Positions 18,411 to 29,190 of a DNA stretch of 64,000 nucleotides are shown one piece after another. This DNA is from an uncultured Chloroflexia bacterium (GTDB lineage Bacteria; Chloroflexota; Dehalococcoidia; Dehalococcoidales; UBA2162), in assembly GCA_963739865.1 (NCBI GenBank), contig CAVUCA010000004.1, positions 64,280 to 128,279 on the forward strand. Reading direction: 5' to 3'. Position 1 is the stretch's first letter. The number at the start of each line of letters is the position of its first letter. The position numbers were made by a program, and so were the translations under genes. The notes under the pieces are model-generated. The model did no database searches, was not told the origin of the DNA, and worked only from the letters and a program-made list of their open reading frames with translations.

Positions 18411-18794
18411 CTATTTACCTTTTTTCTGCTTGCCCAGATAATTCTCAATGGCTTTATGTAGAGCCTGGGCACCGAGATTAGAACAATGGAACTTCTGTTT
18501 GGGCAGTCCTTCCAGTTCGTCAGCAACGCTCTGAGGAGTAATTTTCATTGCTTCTTCGAGTGTTTTACCCATAGCCATCTCACTTACCATACTCGAGACG
18601 GCGATGGCGGCACCACACCCGAATGTTTTAAATTTGACGTCTTCAAGGTGGTTATCTTTTACCTTGATGTAAAAAGACATCATGTCGCCACAAACCGGAT
18701 TGCCTACTTCCCCGATGCCATCCGCATTTTCGATTTCCCCAACGTTGCGGGGATGCATGAAATGGTCCATCACTTTATCACTATAAACCGGCAT
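18411..18794 (-). CDS. iscU: Fe-S cluster scaffold IscU/NifU
   Basis: YSDKVMDHF.HPRNVG, GNPVCGD, FGCGAAIA and HCS. Confidence 0.95.
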   Translation of the reverse strand: MPVYSDKVMDHFMHPRNVGEIENADGIGEVGNPVCGDMMSFYIKVKDNHLEDVKFKTFGCGAAIAVSSMVSEMAMGKTLEEAMKITPQSVADELEGLPKQKFHCSNLGAQALHKAIENYLGKQKKGK

Positions 18795-18796
18795 CT

Positions 18797-19981
18797 TTAT
18801 TCTCCCTTGGTTTTTTTCAGGTATTTTGAGTACAGGGGTGACATTTGGCGTAGACGGTCTACGATAGGCGGTAGAGCTTGAATGACATAGTCTACGTCTT
18901 CGTCATTATTACTAATACCGAGACTCATCAGAAGCGAACCCTGAGCAACTGCATGAGTCAAACCCATGGCGATAAGGACATGAGAAGCTTTTAAAGCTCG
19001 TGAAGTACAAGCTGAGCCGCTGGTCACGGCGATACCCTGGCTGCTTAGAAGCATAATCATTGCTTCACCTTCGATAAACTCAACACACATGCTGGCATGT
19101 CCGGGCAAACGTTTGGTAGGATGACCGGTGACCAGGACACGTTCGATTTTCGCTGGTATTCCGGAAAGCAACCGGTTCCTTAAGGATTCCAGATGTGAGA
19201 TTCTTTCAGTAAGATTAGCTTTAGCTGATTCCGCAGCTTTTCCAAGGCCGACGATAGCGGGGACATTCTCGGTGCCGGGACGCCGACCTCCTTCCTGAAC
19301 CCCCCCGTCCATTAATGGAATGATGCGGACTCCTTTGCGGACCCAGAGGGCAGCGGCTCCCTTTGGCCCGTAGAACTGGTTTCCGGCAAGACTGAGGGCA
19401 TCAACACCAAGTTCTTGAACATTTACGGGGATATTTCCAACAGCAGCTACACTATCGGTGTGGAACAGGACTTTGCGTTTTTTTGTGATTTGAGCGATTT
19501 CCTTAATAGGTTCAATAGTACCTATTTCGGAACTGGCATGAATAATAGAGACTAAAACGGTATCATCGCGAATGTTCTTTTCAACATCTTTCGGATTTAC
19601 CAGTCCCTTTTTGTCAACCGGTACAAGAGTAACCTCGAATCCCCATTTTTCCAGGGTTTTTGCTGAGTTTAAAACAGAGTAATGTTCGATAGCAGAGACA
19701 ATAATATGTTTACCTTTTGATTGTTGAGCTAAAGCAAGCCCTTTCACGGCAAAGTTGTTACTTTCGGTCCCACTTGAAGTAAATATAATATCTTCGGCTT
19801 CTGCTCCAATCAAATCGGCTACTTGCGCCCGGGCTGTTTCGATACCCTCACGGGCAGCGTCTCCCCAATCGTGCATACAGGACGGATTACCAAATAGTGT
19901 GTCGAGGTAGGGCAGCATTTTTTCACGTACTTCAGGAAGGAGAGGGTTAGACGAGGTGTTATCCAAGTATATCTGTCTCAT
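18797..19981 (-). CDS. iscS: cysteine desulfurase IscS/NifS
   Basis: IYLDN, FGNPS, FTSSGTESNN, GTENVP and SGSACTS; GGAGG RBS before ATG 19981. Confidence 0.92.
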   Translation of the reverse strand: MRQIYLDNTSSNPLLPEVREKMLPYLDTLFGNPSCMHDWGDAAREGIETARAQVADLIGAEAEDIIFTSSGTESNNFAVKGLALAQQSKGKHIIVSAIEHYSVLNSAKTLEKWGFEVTLVPVDKKGLVNPKDVEKNIRDDTVLVSIIHASSEIGTIEPIKEIAQITKKRKVLFHTDSVAAVGNIPVNVQELGVDALSLAGNQFYGPKGAAALWVRKGVRIIPLMDGGVQEGGRRPGTENVPAIVGLGKAAESAKANLTERISHLESLRNRLLSGIPAKIERVLVTGHPTKRLPGHASMCVEFIEGEAMIMLLSSQGIAVTSGSACTSRALKASHVLIAMGLTHAVAQGSLLMSLGISNNDEDVDYVIQALPPIVDRLRQMSPLYSKYLKKTKGE

Positions 19982-20212
19982 ACTGCCTCCTGCCGGTAAA
20001 TTGAATTTCCGATAATTTCTTAAAGTTCCCTGAGTATATATCATAACATGTTTTACCGGATGTGACGCTGGTCACAAAATATGATACAAACAGAAGATAT
20101 TTTGTTTCAAAAGATATACGAAATTACCGATATTAGATGCTTGTTAAGTATGATAGAATTATTATGCGTAATATGGCATCCGGCAATAATAAATGCGAAT
20201 CGAGGTCTGAGA

Positions 20213-21175
20213 ATGGCAATTATATCAGATAATCAGATTATGTCAGACCAATTGAATATCGAAACAATCGTTTGGGAAAATCTTACCTGGACCAATATTA
20301 CCAAGCCGACTTCCAGGGAGATGGATTACCTGGCGAAAAATTTTTCCTTTCATCCCCTGGACCTGGACGATTGCCTGAGCCGTAAGCAGCGTCCGAAATT
20401 GGATGAATATAAAGACTACCTGTTTTTCATCTTCCATTATTCTGTATATAACCGGGAGAAGAGAATCAGTTCTCATGATCAAACGGCAGTATTTATCGGA
20501 GAAAAGTACCTGGTTACAGTACATACCGGCGGCCTGAAAGCTATCGGGAAATTATTCCGGGAATGCCAAATCGATGAAGAGACAAGGCAAAACAACTTTC
20601 AGTACGGATCCGGATTTCTGTTGTACCGTATCCTGGACCGCTCGATCGATGCTTATTTTCCCATTCTTGATAAAATACTAAGCTGGACGGAAGAGGTCGA
20701 GGACCAGGTTTTCGATGAGACTGTAGAAGCAGCAAAAGAATTATCCATATTAAGGCGAGATGTAATTACGCAACGCCGGATCATGTTCCCATCACGCCAG
20801 GTAATAATTGAACTGGAACCAAAGTTAAAGAAATTTACTACTATGGATATCTCGGTTTATTACGGCGACTTGATGGACCACTTCAATAAGATATGCGATA
20901 CGCTGGATGAAGCGAGAGAAATCATCGAAGTATATAAAGATACAGACTTTATACTCGGTACCGACCGGGTCAACAGCGTGATGCGGATGCTGACGATGCT
21001 ATCCACGATCATTTTACCCTTTCTCGTGGTATCGAGTATTTTCGGAATGAATGTGCTGCTGCCGGGCGGAAATAGTACAGAGGGCCATTGGGGCACATTC
21101 CTGGTATTAGTCGGTATCATGGGGGCAATTTCAGTAAGTATGTTAATCTACTTCCGCAGGAAACGCTGGATCTAG
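20213..21175 (+). CDS. corA: CorA family Mg/Co transporter
   Basis: HPLDLDDC, QRPKLDEY and FGMN signature with two C-terminal TMs. Confidence 0.92.
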   Translation: MAIISDNQIMSDQLNIETIVWENLTWTNITKPTSREMDYLAKNFSFHPLDLDDCLSRKQRPKLDEYKDYLFFIFHYSVYNREKRISSHDQTAVFIGEKYLVTVHTGGLKAIGKLFRECQIDEETRQNNFQYGSGFLLYRILDRSIDAYFPILDKILSWTEEVEDQVFDETVEAAKELSILRRDVITQRRIMFPSRQVIIELEPKLKKFTTMDISVYYGDLMDHFNKICDTLDEAREIIEVYKDTDFILGTDRVNSVMRMLTMLSTIILPFLVVSSIFGMNVLLPGGNSTEGHWGTFLVLVGIMGAISVSMLIYFRRKRWI

Positions 21176-21176
21176 G

Positions 21177-21848
21177 ATGAAATTTTCCCAACACCTTGTT
21201 ATTATCACGGCGTTATTTGTCACCTGCCTGATCACGGCTAATGTAATCACCACCAAACTTATCGGGCTGGGTTTCCTGGTGGTTCCAGCGGCAATTATCG
21301 TCTTTCCGCTATCTTATATTTTTGGTGATGTATTAACCGAAGTATATGGTTTTGCTACAGCCCGGCGGGTGATATGGTTAGGGTTCCTCTGTAATCTGGT
21401 TTTTGTCCTTTTCACGTGGCTCGGCCAAATATTACCACCGGCATCATTTTGGGAAAATCAACAAGCATATGTCAGTATACTTGGAGCTGCACCGCGGATA
21501 TTATTGGCCTCTTTCCTGGGTTACCTTGCAGGAGAGTTTTCTAACTCAATCGTGCTGTCAAAGCTAAAAGTGCTTACTCAAGGCAGAAAGCTATGGGTTC
21601 GTACGATAAGTTCAACCATAGTGGGAGAAGGACTCGATACTGCGATATTCCTGACGGTAGCTTTTGCGGGCACGTCTTCGTTTATACCAATGATGATAAT
21701 TTATCACTGGTCGGCAAAAGTGTTGATCGAAATTACGGCAACACCTTTGACTTATTTACTGGTAGGCTGGTTGAAAAAAGCAGAAGCTATCGATAATTTC
21801 GATACTAAAATTAGTTTTAATCCGTTCTCGATGAAAGTAAATCAGTAA
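21177..21848 (+). CDS. yhhQ: queuosine precursor transporter (YhhQ/DUF165)
   Basis: FPLSYIFGDVLTEVYG, ARRVIWLGF and R..SST.VGE.LDT. Confidence 0.9.
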   Translation: MKFSQHLVIITALFVTCLITANVITTKLIGLGFLVVPAAIIVFPLSYIFGDVLTEVYGFATARRVIWLGFLCNLVFVLFTWLGQILPPASFWENQQAYVSILGAAPRILLASFLGYLAGEFSNSIVLSKLKVLTQGRKLWVRTISSTIVGEGLDTAIFLTVAFAGTSSFIPMMIIYHWSAKVLIEITATPLTYLLVGWLKKAEAIDNFDTKISFNPFSMKVNQ

Positions 21849-21992
21849 CCTGCCGGGACATAATACTAAATATCACGTAATACCAGACACAATTCATAGT
21901 TGACCACTGGTTCACATGCTGTTAGACTCAAGCATATTAGTACCTTTCACAATAACCAATGAGTGTAGTACCATCTCACAACGACTGATCAA

Positions 21993-23549
21993 ATGAAAAT
22001 ATTAACGGCCACGCAAATGAGACAAGCTGAACAGAAATGTGCAGCTTCGGGAACGACCACGGATATGTTAATGGAGAACGCCGGCCGGGCTGTAGCTGAG
22101 ACGATAAAAAATGAGGCGAAGGCCAGCGGCATTAACATCCTGATACTGGCTGGTCCCGGAAATAATGGCGGAGATGGATTAGTCGCCGGACGGTATTTAC
22201 GAACTTACGGATTCGGAGTAACTATCTACATTACATCTCCCCGTCCTGATTCCGACATAAATTTGATCCGGGCGAAAGATCATGGCCTTGTTGTGACGGA
22301 TATCAGCCAAGTTAGTGAAAACAAATTTGAAGAAGACTTATCTTCAGCAGATATCGTACTAGATGCCGTATTTGGGACCGGAAAAAACCGGGTTATGTCC
22401 GGCAAGCCGGTAGAAATATTGAATGCAGTCGCTGAGGCAAAAAAACGGCGTCCGAAATTAAAGATCATCTGCCTGGATTTACCCTCAGGCCTTGATGCTG
22501 ATACTGGAACGGTAGACCCGGCATGTTTATTTGCAGATGAGACGATTACCCTCGGATTTCCAAAGCCCGGCTTATTCAATGTGCCAGGGGCTGAGAGAGC
22601 TGGCATTATCAAGGTCGTGGACATAGGTATACTACATGATATGACGGATAGCAGAATCGAGTATATTACTCCTGGTATAGTAAAAGATATTTTACCGGGA
22701 AGACCTTTTATCTCAAATAAGGGAACATTCGGCAAAGTGATAGTAATTGCCGGGTCGACGAAGTATACCGGAGCCGCATACCTGGCTTGCAGCGGGGCAA
22801 TGAGGGTCGGAACGGGACTGGTTACCCTGGCAATCACTGCCAGCTTACAGCCGGTCCTGGCTGCTAAATTAACCGAAACTACTTTCATACCTTTACCGGA
22901 AAGTAAATCGGGAGAGATTAGTCCGGAAGCGGTTGACATAATAAATAATGAGGTCGAGGATTATCAAACAATACTGGTCGGCCCCGGGCTTGGCCTGGAA
23001 AAACCGACTACTGAGTTGGTAAAAGGATTGATATTCGAGAAACGTAATTCCGTAATTAACATGGTATTGGATGCCGATGCTTTAAATATAATTTCCAATG
23101 AAAAGATGACTACTGAGAGGTGGAGGGGAGTATCCGGCAATGTTATACTTACACCGCATCCCGGGGAGATGTCCAGGTTAAGCAAAATACCTGTTGTAAA
23201 GATACAGGGTGACCGGTTAGGAACGGCATCCAGGGCGGCTAGTGAATGGGGGAAAGTGGTTGTCTTAAAAGGGGCTTATACAGTGATTGCTGCACCGGAT
23301 GGCCGGGTATCTGTCTCGCCATTCGCAAACCCGGGCCTGGCTACAGCCGGTACAGGGGATGTGTTAGCAGGAATTATTTCAGGATTAGCTGCCCAGCATA
23401 TTCCCATTTATGATGCTGCGATAGCCGGAGTGTACATCCACGGCAAAGCTGGAGAAATGGTAACATGTAGTATGGGTGATACCGGGATGATTGCCGGTGA
23501 CCTGTTACCTGTAATACCAAAGGTAATAAAGGTTATAAAAGAGAGTTAA
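21993..23549 (+). CDS. nnr: bifunctional NAD(P)H-hydrate epimerase/dehydratase
   Basis: LMENAG, GPGNNGGDG, DAVFGTG, DLPSG, LTPHPGE and AGTGDVLAG. Confidence 0.95.
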   Translation: MKILTATQMRQAEQKCAASGTTTDMLMENAGRAVAETIKNEAKASGINILILAGPGNNGGDGLVAGRYLRTYGFGVTIYITSPRPDSDINLIRAKDHGLVVTDISQVSENKFEEDLSSADIVLDAVFGTGKNRVMSGKPVEILNAVAEAKKRRPKLKIICLDLPSGLDADTGTVDPACLFADETITLGFPKPGLFNVPGAERAGIIKVVDIGILHDMTDSRIEYITPGIVKDILPGRPFISNKGTFGKVIVIAGSTKYTGAAYLACSGAMRVGTGLVTLAITASLQPVLAAKLTETTFIPLPESKSGEISPEAVDIINNEVEDYQTILVGPGLGLEKPTTELVKGLIFEKRNSVINMVLDADALNIISNEKMTTERWRGVSGNVILTPHPGEMSRLSKIPVVKIQGDRLGTASRAASEWGKVVVLKGAYTVIAAPDGRVSVSPFANPGLATAGTGDVLAGIISGLAAQHIPIYDAAIAGVYIHGKAGEMVTCSMGDTGMIAGDLLPVIPKVIKVIKES

Positions 23550-23571
23550 GCTGACAGGCCAGGAGGAAATC

Positions 23572-24336
23572 ATGCTGTTAGCAATAGATATCGGTAATAC
23601 CAATGTTACACTGGGTGTCCTGGAGAATGAAACAATCCGTGCTACATGGCGCATGGCGACGGATATTAACCAAATGGGTGATGAGTATGCTGCGATGCTT
23701 CTCACGCTACTTGAACACAATGGTATTAAAAAAAGTGATATTGGCGAAGCTGCCATGTGTTCGGTAGTACCACCTTTGGTTAGTACGTTTGAAGATTTGT
23801 TATCAAGGTATTTTGGAGTAACCCCAGTTGTAGTAAGACCCGGGGTAAAAACAGGGGTAAGAATTGTTTATCCCAACCCCAGGGAGGTGGGGGCTGACCG
23901 TATTGTAAACGCGGCGGCGGCGAATCATCTATATAACGGCCCGGTAATCATCGTAGATATGGGGACGGGAACTACTTTCGATATTGTAAATAGAGAAGGT
24001 GAGTTCATCGGGGGGGTGATTGCACCCGGCATAGGAATCGCAGCACAAGCACTCTACACGAGGACGGCGGCATTACCAAGGGTAGAATTGGTAGCTCCGG
24101 AAAAAGCTATCGGGACGACAACGGTAACGGCGATGCAATCAGGTATCGTTTATGGATATATCAGCCTGGTCGAGGGTCTACTTAAGAGGGTTCAGAACGA
24201 ACTACCGGAGAAAGCTCTGGTAGTAGCTACCGGAGGGTATGCCAGTCTGATAGCCAGCGGTACCAGGCTAATTGATAAAATCAATCCTGATATTACGCTT
24301 ATCGGGCTTAAAGTTATATATGAGATGAACAAATGA
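23572..24336 (+). CDS. coaX: type III pantothenate kinase
   Basis: IDIGNT, EVGADR, VDMGT and ATGG. Confidence 0.95.
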   Translation: MLLAIDIGNTNVTLGVLENETIRATWRMATDINQMGDEYAAMLLTLLEHNGIKKSDIGEAAMCSVVPPLVSTFEDLLSRYFGVTPVVVRPGVKTGVRIVYPNPREVGADRIVNAAAANHLYNGPVIIVDMGTGTTFDIVNREGEFIGGVIAPGIGIAAQALYTRTAALPRVELVAPEKAIGTTTVTAMQSGIVYGYISLVEGLLKRVQNELPEKALVVATGGYASLIASGTRLIDKINPDITLIGLKVIYEMNK

Positions 24337-24413
24337 TAGATCGTATTCGTGTATTGTAATATAGATGATTGAAAAAGCATCCGGATTCCGGTTTTTCCCT
24401 GTAGGGGGTAGAG

Positions 24414-25610
24414 ATGTTAGAAAATAAAACGATCGTATTAGGTATTACCGGGAGTATAGCTGCTTACAAAGGAGCGGACCTGGCGAGCAAATTGACCCAA
24501 GCCGGGGCTAAAGTAGAGGTAATTTTAACTGAAGCCGCGATGAAATTCGTTTCTCCGGTTACTTTTCGAGCAGTAACCGGCAGGCCGGTAGTATATAACA
24601 TGTTTGAATTAAGCGGCGAGTTTAGCGTAGAGCATGTTGCCCTGGCGGAGGCGGCTGATGTGGTAGTGGTAGCACCGGCAACAGCAGATATTATTGCGAA
24701 AATAGCGGCTGGGATCGCCAGCGACATGGTCTGTACAACGGTAGTTGCAACCAGGGCACCGATTGTAATTGCTCCGGCGATGCATACCGGAATGTGGGAA
24801 AATAAAGCTACCCAGGAAAATGTAAAGCTGCTTAAATCAAGAGGGGTGGTTTTTGTTGATCCCGGGGAAGGGCATCTGGCTTCGGGAGGTGTGGGTCAGG
24901 GACGGTTAGCGGAAGTCCAGGATATCATTGCTGCCATTAACCGGGTATTAGCGAAAAGTGGAGACCTGGCTGGAAAGCGGATAGTGATTACGGCAGGAGG
25001 GACTCGAGAGCCTATCGATCCTGTTCGTTTCATCGGAAACCGTTCTTCCGGAAAGATGGGATTTGCCCTGGCCAGTGCAGCGAGAGACCGGGGTGCTTAC
25101 GTAACACTTATCTCAACAGTGGACCCGCAAAACACCGGAATTTACAATGTGCTACGGCTGGTTGGTACAGTATCAGAAATGCGAGAATCGGTATTGGAGG
25201 CATGTAAAGCCACGGATGTACTTGTTATGGCAGCAGCAGTTTCCGATTACCGGGTGGCAATACCGGCGACTGATAAAATAAAAAAATCCGGTGGAAAACT
25301 AACCCTGGAACTGGTAGAAAATGAGGATTTTCTATTGGAACTCCCTGAAAATTTTATCAAGGTAGGATTTGCGGCTGAAACCCGCAATTTGTTGGAAAAT
25401 GCCAGGAAAAAACTAACACAGAAGCACCTGGATTTTATATGCGCTAATGATGTAAGTGCGGCGGATTCCGGCTTTGCCGTAGAGACCAATCGCGTTACGA
25501 TAATCGATAAAACAGGAGAAACTGAAGAATTACCGTTAATGCCGAAGCGCGAGGTAGCGGACAAGATATTGGATAAGATAATTGGGTGGATGAAGAATAG
25601 GAAGAAATAG
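24414..25610 (+). CDS. coaBC: phosphopantothenoylcysteine decarboxylase/ligase
   Basis: GITGSIAAYK, APAM, TAGGTREPIDPVRFIGNRSSGKMG and GFAAET. Confidence 0.96.
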   Translation: MLENKTIVLGITGSIAAYKGADLASKLTQAGAKVEVILTEAAMKFVSPVTFRAVTGRPVVYNMFELSGEFSVEHVALAEAADVVVVAPATADIIAKIAAGIASDMVCTTVVATRAPIVIAPAMHTGMWENKATQENVKLLKSRGVVFVDPGEGHLASGGVGQGRLAEVQDIIAAINRVLAKSGDLAGKRIVITAGGTREPIDPVRFIGNRSSGKMGFALASAARDRGAYVTLISTVDPQNTGIYNVLRLVGTVSEMRESVLEACKATDVLVMAAAVSDYRVAIPATDKIKKSGGKLTLELVENEDFLLELPENFIKVGFAAETRNLLENARKKLTQKHLDFICANDVSAADSGFAVETNRVTIIDKTGETEELPLMPKREVADKILDKIIGWMKNRKK

Positions 25611-25611
25611 G

Positions 25612-26040
25612 TTGAATACCGAGTTCGTAATCCGGCCTTATAATACAGGAGATGAATCTGGAGTTATTGATCTCTGGCAGCGGTGTAAGTTGACCCGGCC
25701 ACAGAACAACCCTAAACTCGATATTGAACGCAAACTGAAAGTGAATCCAGAACTTTTCCTTGTAGGTCTAATTGAGAGAGAGATAATAGCAACCGCGATG
25801 GGTGGATATGAAGGACACCGGGGATGGATCAATTATCTGGCTGTCGATCCCCGTTTTCAAAGAAATGGTCTGGGCCGGAAGATGATGGATACAATCCAGT
25901 CCAAACTCAGTACACTAGATTGCCCGAAGATAAATTTACAAGTCCGTGAGGATAATCTGGAAGCAGTAAATTTTTATACAGCAATCGGTTATACGCAAGA
26001 CCCGGTTTTGAGCATGGGCAAGAGATTGGTGCAGGACTAG
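25612..26040 (+). CDS. GNAT acetyltransferase (YpeA-like)
   Basis: MGGYEGHRGWINYLAV and CPKINLQVR. Confidence 0.88.
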   Translation: MNTEFVIRPYNTGDESGVIDLWQRCKLTRPQNNPKLDIERKLKVNPELFLVGLIEREIIATAMGGYEGHRGWINYLAVDPRFQRNGLGRKMMDTIQSKLSTLDCPKINLQVREDNLEAVNFYTAIGYTQDPVLSMGKRLVQD

Positions 26041-26084
26041 ACCATATTCAGAGTCCTGAATATGAACCTACTTCAGGATAAACA

Positions 26085-26444
26085 ATGGATTTAACACTAC
26101 TTTTTATCACAGCTTTACTAATGGCTTTCATTACCGTCCTGATAAATGCAATATTCGGGAAAAGAGTAGCCTGGGTTATAGGTGTTATCAGTGCACTCTC
26201 CGTATTGCTGCCGTTACTAATAATTATCGTACTTGGAATAATGGGCATACTTGATGGAGGGTCGAATTCAGGGCAGATAGCTTCAGATACAATCAGTAGT
26301 ATCACTCACTACATAGTAGAAAATCTACCCGAGTTAATAATGTCGGCCATCGCAGGAGCCATAGTAGGCTTTATACTCGGGCTACTTAAAAGAATCACAC
26401 CTAAAAGTGTAAGGAAGAAAGTAGTCAGACGAATACGCATCTAA
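26085..26444 (+). CDS. hypothetical membrane protein
   Basis: Three hydrophobic segments; in operon orientation. Confidence 0.65.
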   Translation: MDLTLLFITALLMAFITVLINAIFGKRVAWVIGVISALSVLLPLLIIIVLGIMGILDGGSNSGQIASDTISSITHYIVENLPELIMSAIAGAIVGFILGLLKRITPKSVRKKVVRRIRI

Positions 26445-26470
26445 GTAATTTTGTTTAGGAAAGGCTTAAC

Positions 26471-29143
26471 ATGACAGATTCTCACACACAAAGCGAAATG
26501 CCGAAAGCATATGAACCAGGGAAAATCGAGGAGAAATGGTACCAATACTGGGTTCAAAGAGGATACTTTACTCCCAAGATAGATAAAACGAAAAAACCAT
26601 TTGTAGTCATCATGCCGCCAACTAATATTACCGGCGAATTACATCTAGGCCATGCTCTTACGGCAACAATCGAAGATATCATGGTTCGCTGGCATAGAAT
26701 GCAAGGCGACCCGACTTTGTGGCTACCGGGGGTAGACCATGCCGGCATTGCAACACAAGTAGTAGTCGAACGGACGTTGGCAAAGGAACATATCGACCGG
26801 CACCAATTAGGCCGGGAAAAATTTCTGGAGCGGGTGTGGGAATGGGCTAATAAGTACCGCAATAAAATCATCGAAGAGCACCGCCGGTTGGGGGCTTCAA
26901 TGGACTGGTCCAGGCTTAGTTTTACCATGGAAGAAGGACCGAGCCTGGCGGTACGGACCGCCTTCGTCCGCTTGTATAATAAAGGACATATCTACCGCGG
27001 GGAAAGAATCATCAACTGGTGTCCAAGGTGTGCCACGGCATTATCAGACCTGGAGACGGAACATCAGGATGTCCAGGGTAATCTTTATTATATAAAATAT
27101 CCTTTTGCAGAAGGTGAAGGATATATTACGGTGGCCACCACCCGGCCGGAAACGCTGCTTGGCGATACTGCGGTGGCGGTAAATCCGGATGATGAGAGAT
27201 TCAAAGCCGTAATAGGGCAAAAACTGATAGTGCCTGCAGTGAAACGAATCATTCCTATAATAGGCGATGAAGCGATCGATGTAGCATTCGGCACCGGAGC
27301 AGTAAAAGTCACTCCTGCCCATGATCCGGTTGATTTCGAAATATCGCAGCGTCATAACCTGGAACTAGTTAACATAATGAACCTGGATGCAACCCTCAAT
27401 GAGAATGCCGGTCCGTATAAGGGGATGGAACGCTTTGAAGGGCGGAAAGCGGTGTTAGCCGACCTCGAAAAAGAAGGGTTGCTGGTAAAGATCGAACCTT
27501 ACATGCATTCGGTCGGGCATTGCCAGCGCTGCCGTACCATGGTGGAACCTTTAGCCAGTAAGCAATGGTTTGTGAAGATGGCACCTCTGGCTGTCCCGGC
27601 TATCAAAGCAGTGGAAGATGGCCGGATAAATATTATTCCGGGACGTTTCGCCAAGGTTTACTTAAACTGGATGGAAAATATCCGAGACTGGTGCATCAGC
27701 CGGCAGTTGTGGTGGGGACATCAGATCCCTGTCTGGTATTGCCAGGACTGTGGTGAATTAACAGTTACCGTCGATATTCCTGAAACTTGTAATAAGTGCC
27801 ATTCGAAAAATCTTAAACAAGACCCGGATGTACTGGATACCTGGTTCAGTTCAGCACTTTGGCCTCATTCGACCCTTGGATGGCCTAACGATACGGAGGA
27901 TATTCGTTATTTTTATCCCACATCCGTACTGGAAACGGCATACGACATTCTTTTCTTCTGGGTAGCAAGAATGATCGTGATGGGTATTGAAGATACAGGA
28001 GAAGTCCCATTCCGAGCGGTATATTTACACGGCCTTATCCGGGATGAAAAAGGTGAAAAGATGAGTAAAACCCGGGGAAATGTACTTGACCCGGTACCTC
28101 TTTTAGAACAATATGGTACGGATGCGGTGCGGTTTGCCTTATTGATGGGGACAGCCCCAGGAAACGATAGTAAATTATCAACGATCAAGCTGGAAGCTGG
28201 ACGCAATTTTGCCAACAAACTATGGAATGCCGCCCGGTTCGTAATCCGGTCTATTGAACCCGTAAACCAGGATATATCCATCCATATAGACAAACTTACG
28301 GTAGAAGACCGCTGGCTTATAAGCCGGCTTAACCGGACGATCGCTACGGTGAACACGGCTATCGACGCTTATCACTTTGAAGAAGCGCAAAGTACGATAC
28401 ATGATTTTCTGTGGGGTGAGTATTGCGATTGGTATATCGAACTGGCCAAGATACGTACAAAGAATGCAACAACCGAGAATAATCCAATCCCGGTCTTGAT
28501 ACATGTTCTGGAAACAGCACTTCGACTCCTGCACCCATTCATGCCTTTCGTTACCGAAGAAATCTGGCAATCGTTAAAGAAAGCTTCCCTGTCTACAACC
28601 ATGCAGGCCGAGTCGATTATGGTCACTGAGTATCCTGAAACCGATAATAGCCTGATTGATATTGAAGCCGAGAGGGTGATTGATACTGTAATTGACATAA
28701 TACGTTCGATACGCAATACCAGGGCAGAGCATAATGTGGAAAATAATATCTGGATAGAAGCTCAGGTATATGCAGGAGAACTGACTCCTTCAGTGTTACT
28801 TCATGCCCAGGCAATTGAATCGTTGGCGCGTGTGAAACCTCTGATATTCCTGGAAAAACATCGTGAATCAAAGCCGGGAGAAAATGTCCTGGTCAATGTA
28901 CTGAAAGAAGCTGAAGTTACCATACCGATGGCTAGTATGGTAGATGTTGAGGCGGAAAAGTTGCGATTACAAAAGGAAATCAATCAGAATCAGGCTGAAG
29001 CCAACAGGCTTGATACCCGGTTACAGGACAGTCAATTCTTATCCAGGGCTCCGGCGGCGGTAGTTGAAAAAGAACAGGCCAAACAATTAATGATCAAAGA
29101 TAAATTATCCCGGCTAAAACAAGAATTAGATAGACTGCAGTGA
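26471..29143 (+). CDS. valS: valine--tRNA ligase
   Basis: HLGH, DHAGIATQ, TTRPET, DWCISRQLWWGH, KMSKT and a C-terminal coiled coil. Confidence 0.97.
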   Translation: MTDSHTQSEMPKAYEPGKIEEKWYQYWVQRGYFTPKIDKTKKPFVVIMPPTNITGELHLGHALTATIEDIMVRWHRMQGDPTLWLPGVDHAGIATQVVVERTLAKEHIDRHQLGREKFLERVWEWANKYRNKIIEEHRRLGASMDWSRLSFTMEEGPSLAVRTAFVRLYNKGHIYRGERIINWCPRCATALSDLETEHQDVQGNLYYIKYPFAEGEGYITVATTRPETLLGDTAVAVNPDDERFKAVIGQKLIVPAVKRIIPIIGDEAIDVAFGTGAVKVTPAHDPVDFEISQRHNLELVNIMNLDATLNENAGPYKGMERFEGRKAVLADLEKEGLLVKIEPYMHSVGHCQRCRTMVEPLASKQWFVKMAPLAVPAIKAVEDGRINIIPGRFAKVYLNWMENIRDWCISRQLWWGHQIPVWYCQDCGELTVTVDIPETCNKCHSKNLKQDPDVLDTWFSSALWPHSTLGWPNDTEDIRYFYPTSVLETAYDILFFWVARMIVMGIEDTGEVPFRAVYLHGLIRDEKGEKMSKTRGNVLDPVPLLEQYGTDAVRFALLMGTAPGNDSKLSTIKLEAGRNFANKLWNAARFVIRSIEPVNQDISIHIDKLTVEDRWLISRLNRTIATVNTAIDAYHFEEAQSTIHDFLWGEYCDWYIELAKIRTKNATTENNPIPVLIHVLETALRLLHPFMPFVTEEIWQSLKKASLSTTMQAESIMVTEYPETDNSLIDIEAERVIDTVIDIIRSIRNTRAEHNVENNIWIEAQVYAGELTPSVLLHAQAIESLARVKPLIFLEKHRESKPGENVLVNVLKEAEVTIPMASMVDVEAEKLRLQKEINQNQAEANRLDTRLQDSQFLSRAPAAVVEKEQAKQLMIKDKLSRLKQELDRLQ

Positions 29144-29190
29144 TAATAGAAACGAGTTTTCAAGGTCATATATAGACCGGAGTGGGAAGA

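Noticed and set aside
21100-21180. preQ1 riboswitch ahead of yhhQ
   Set aside because: yhhQ starts 1 nt after the corA stop, leaving no leader.
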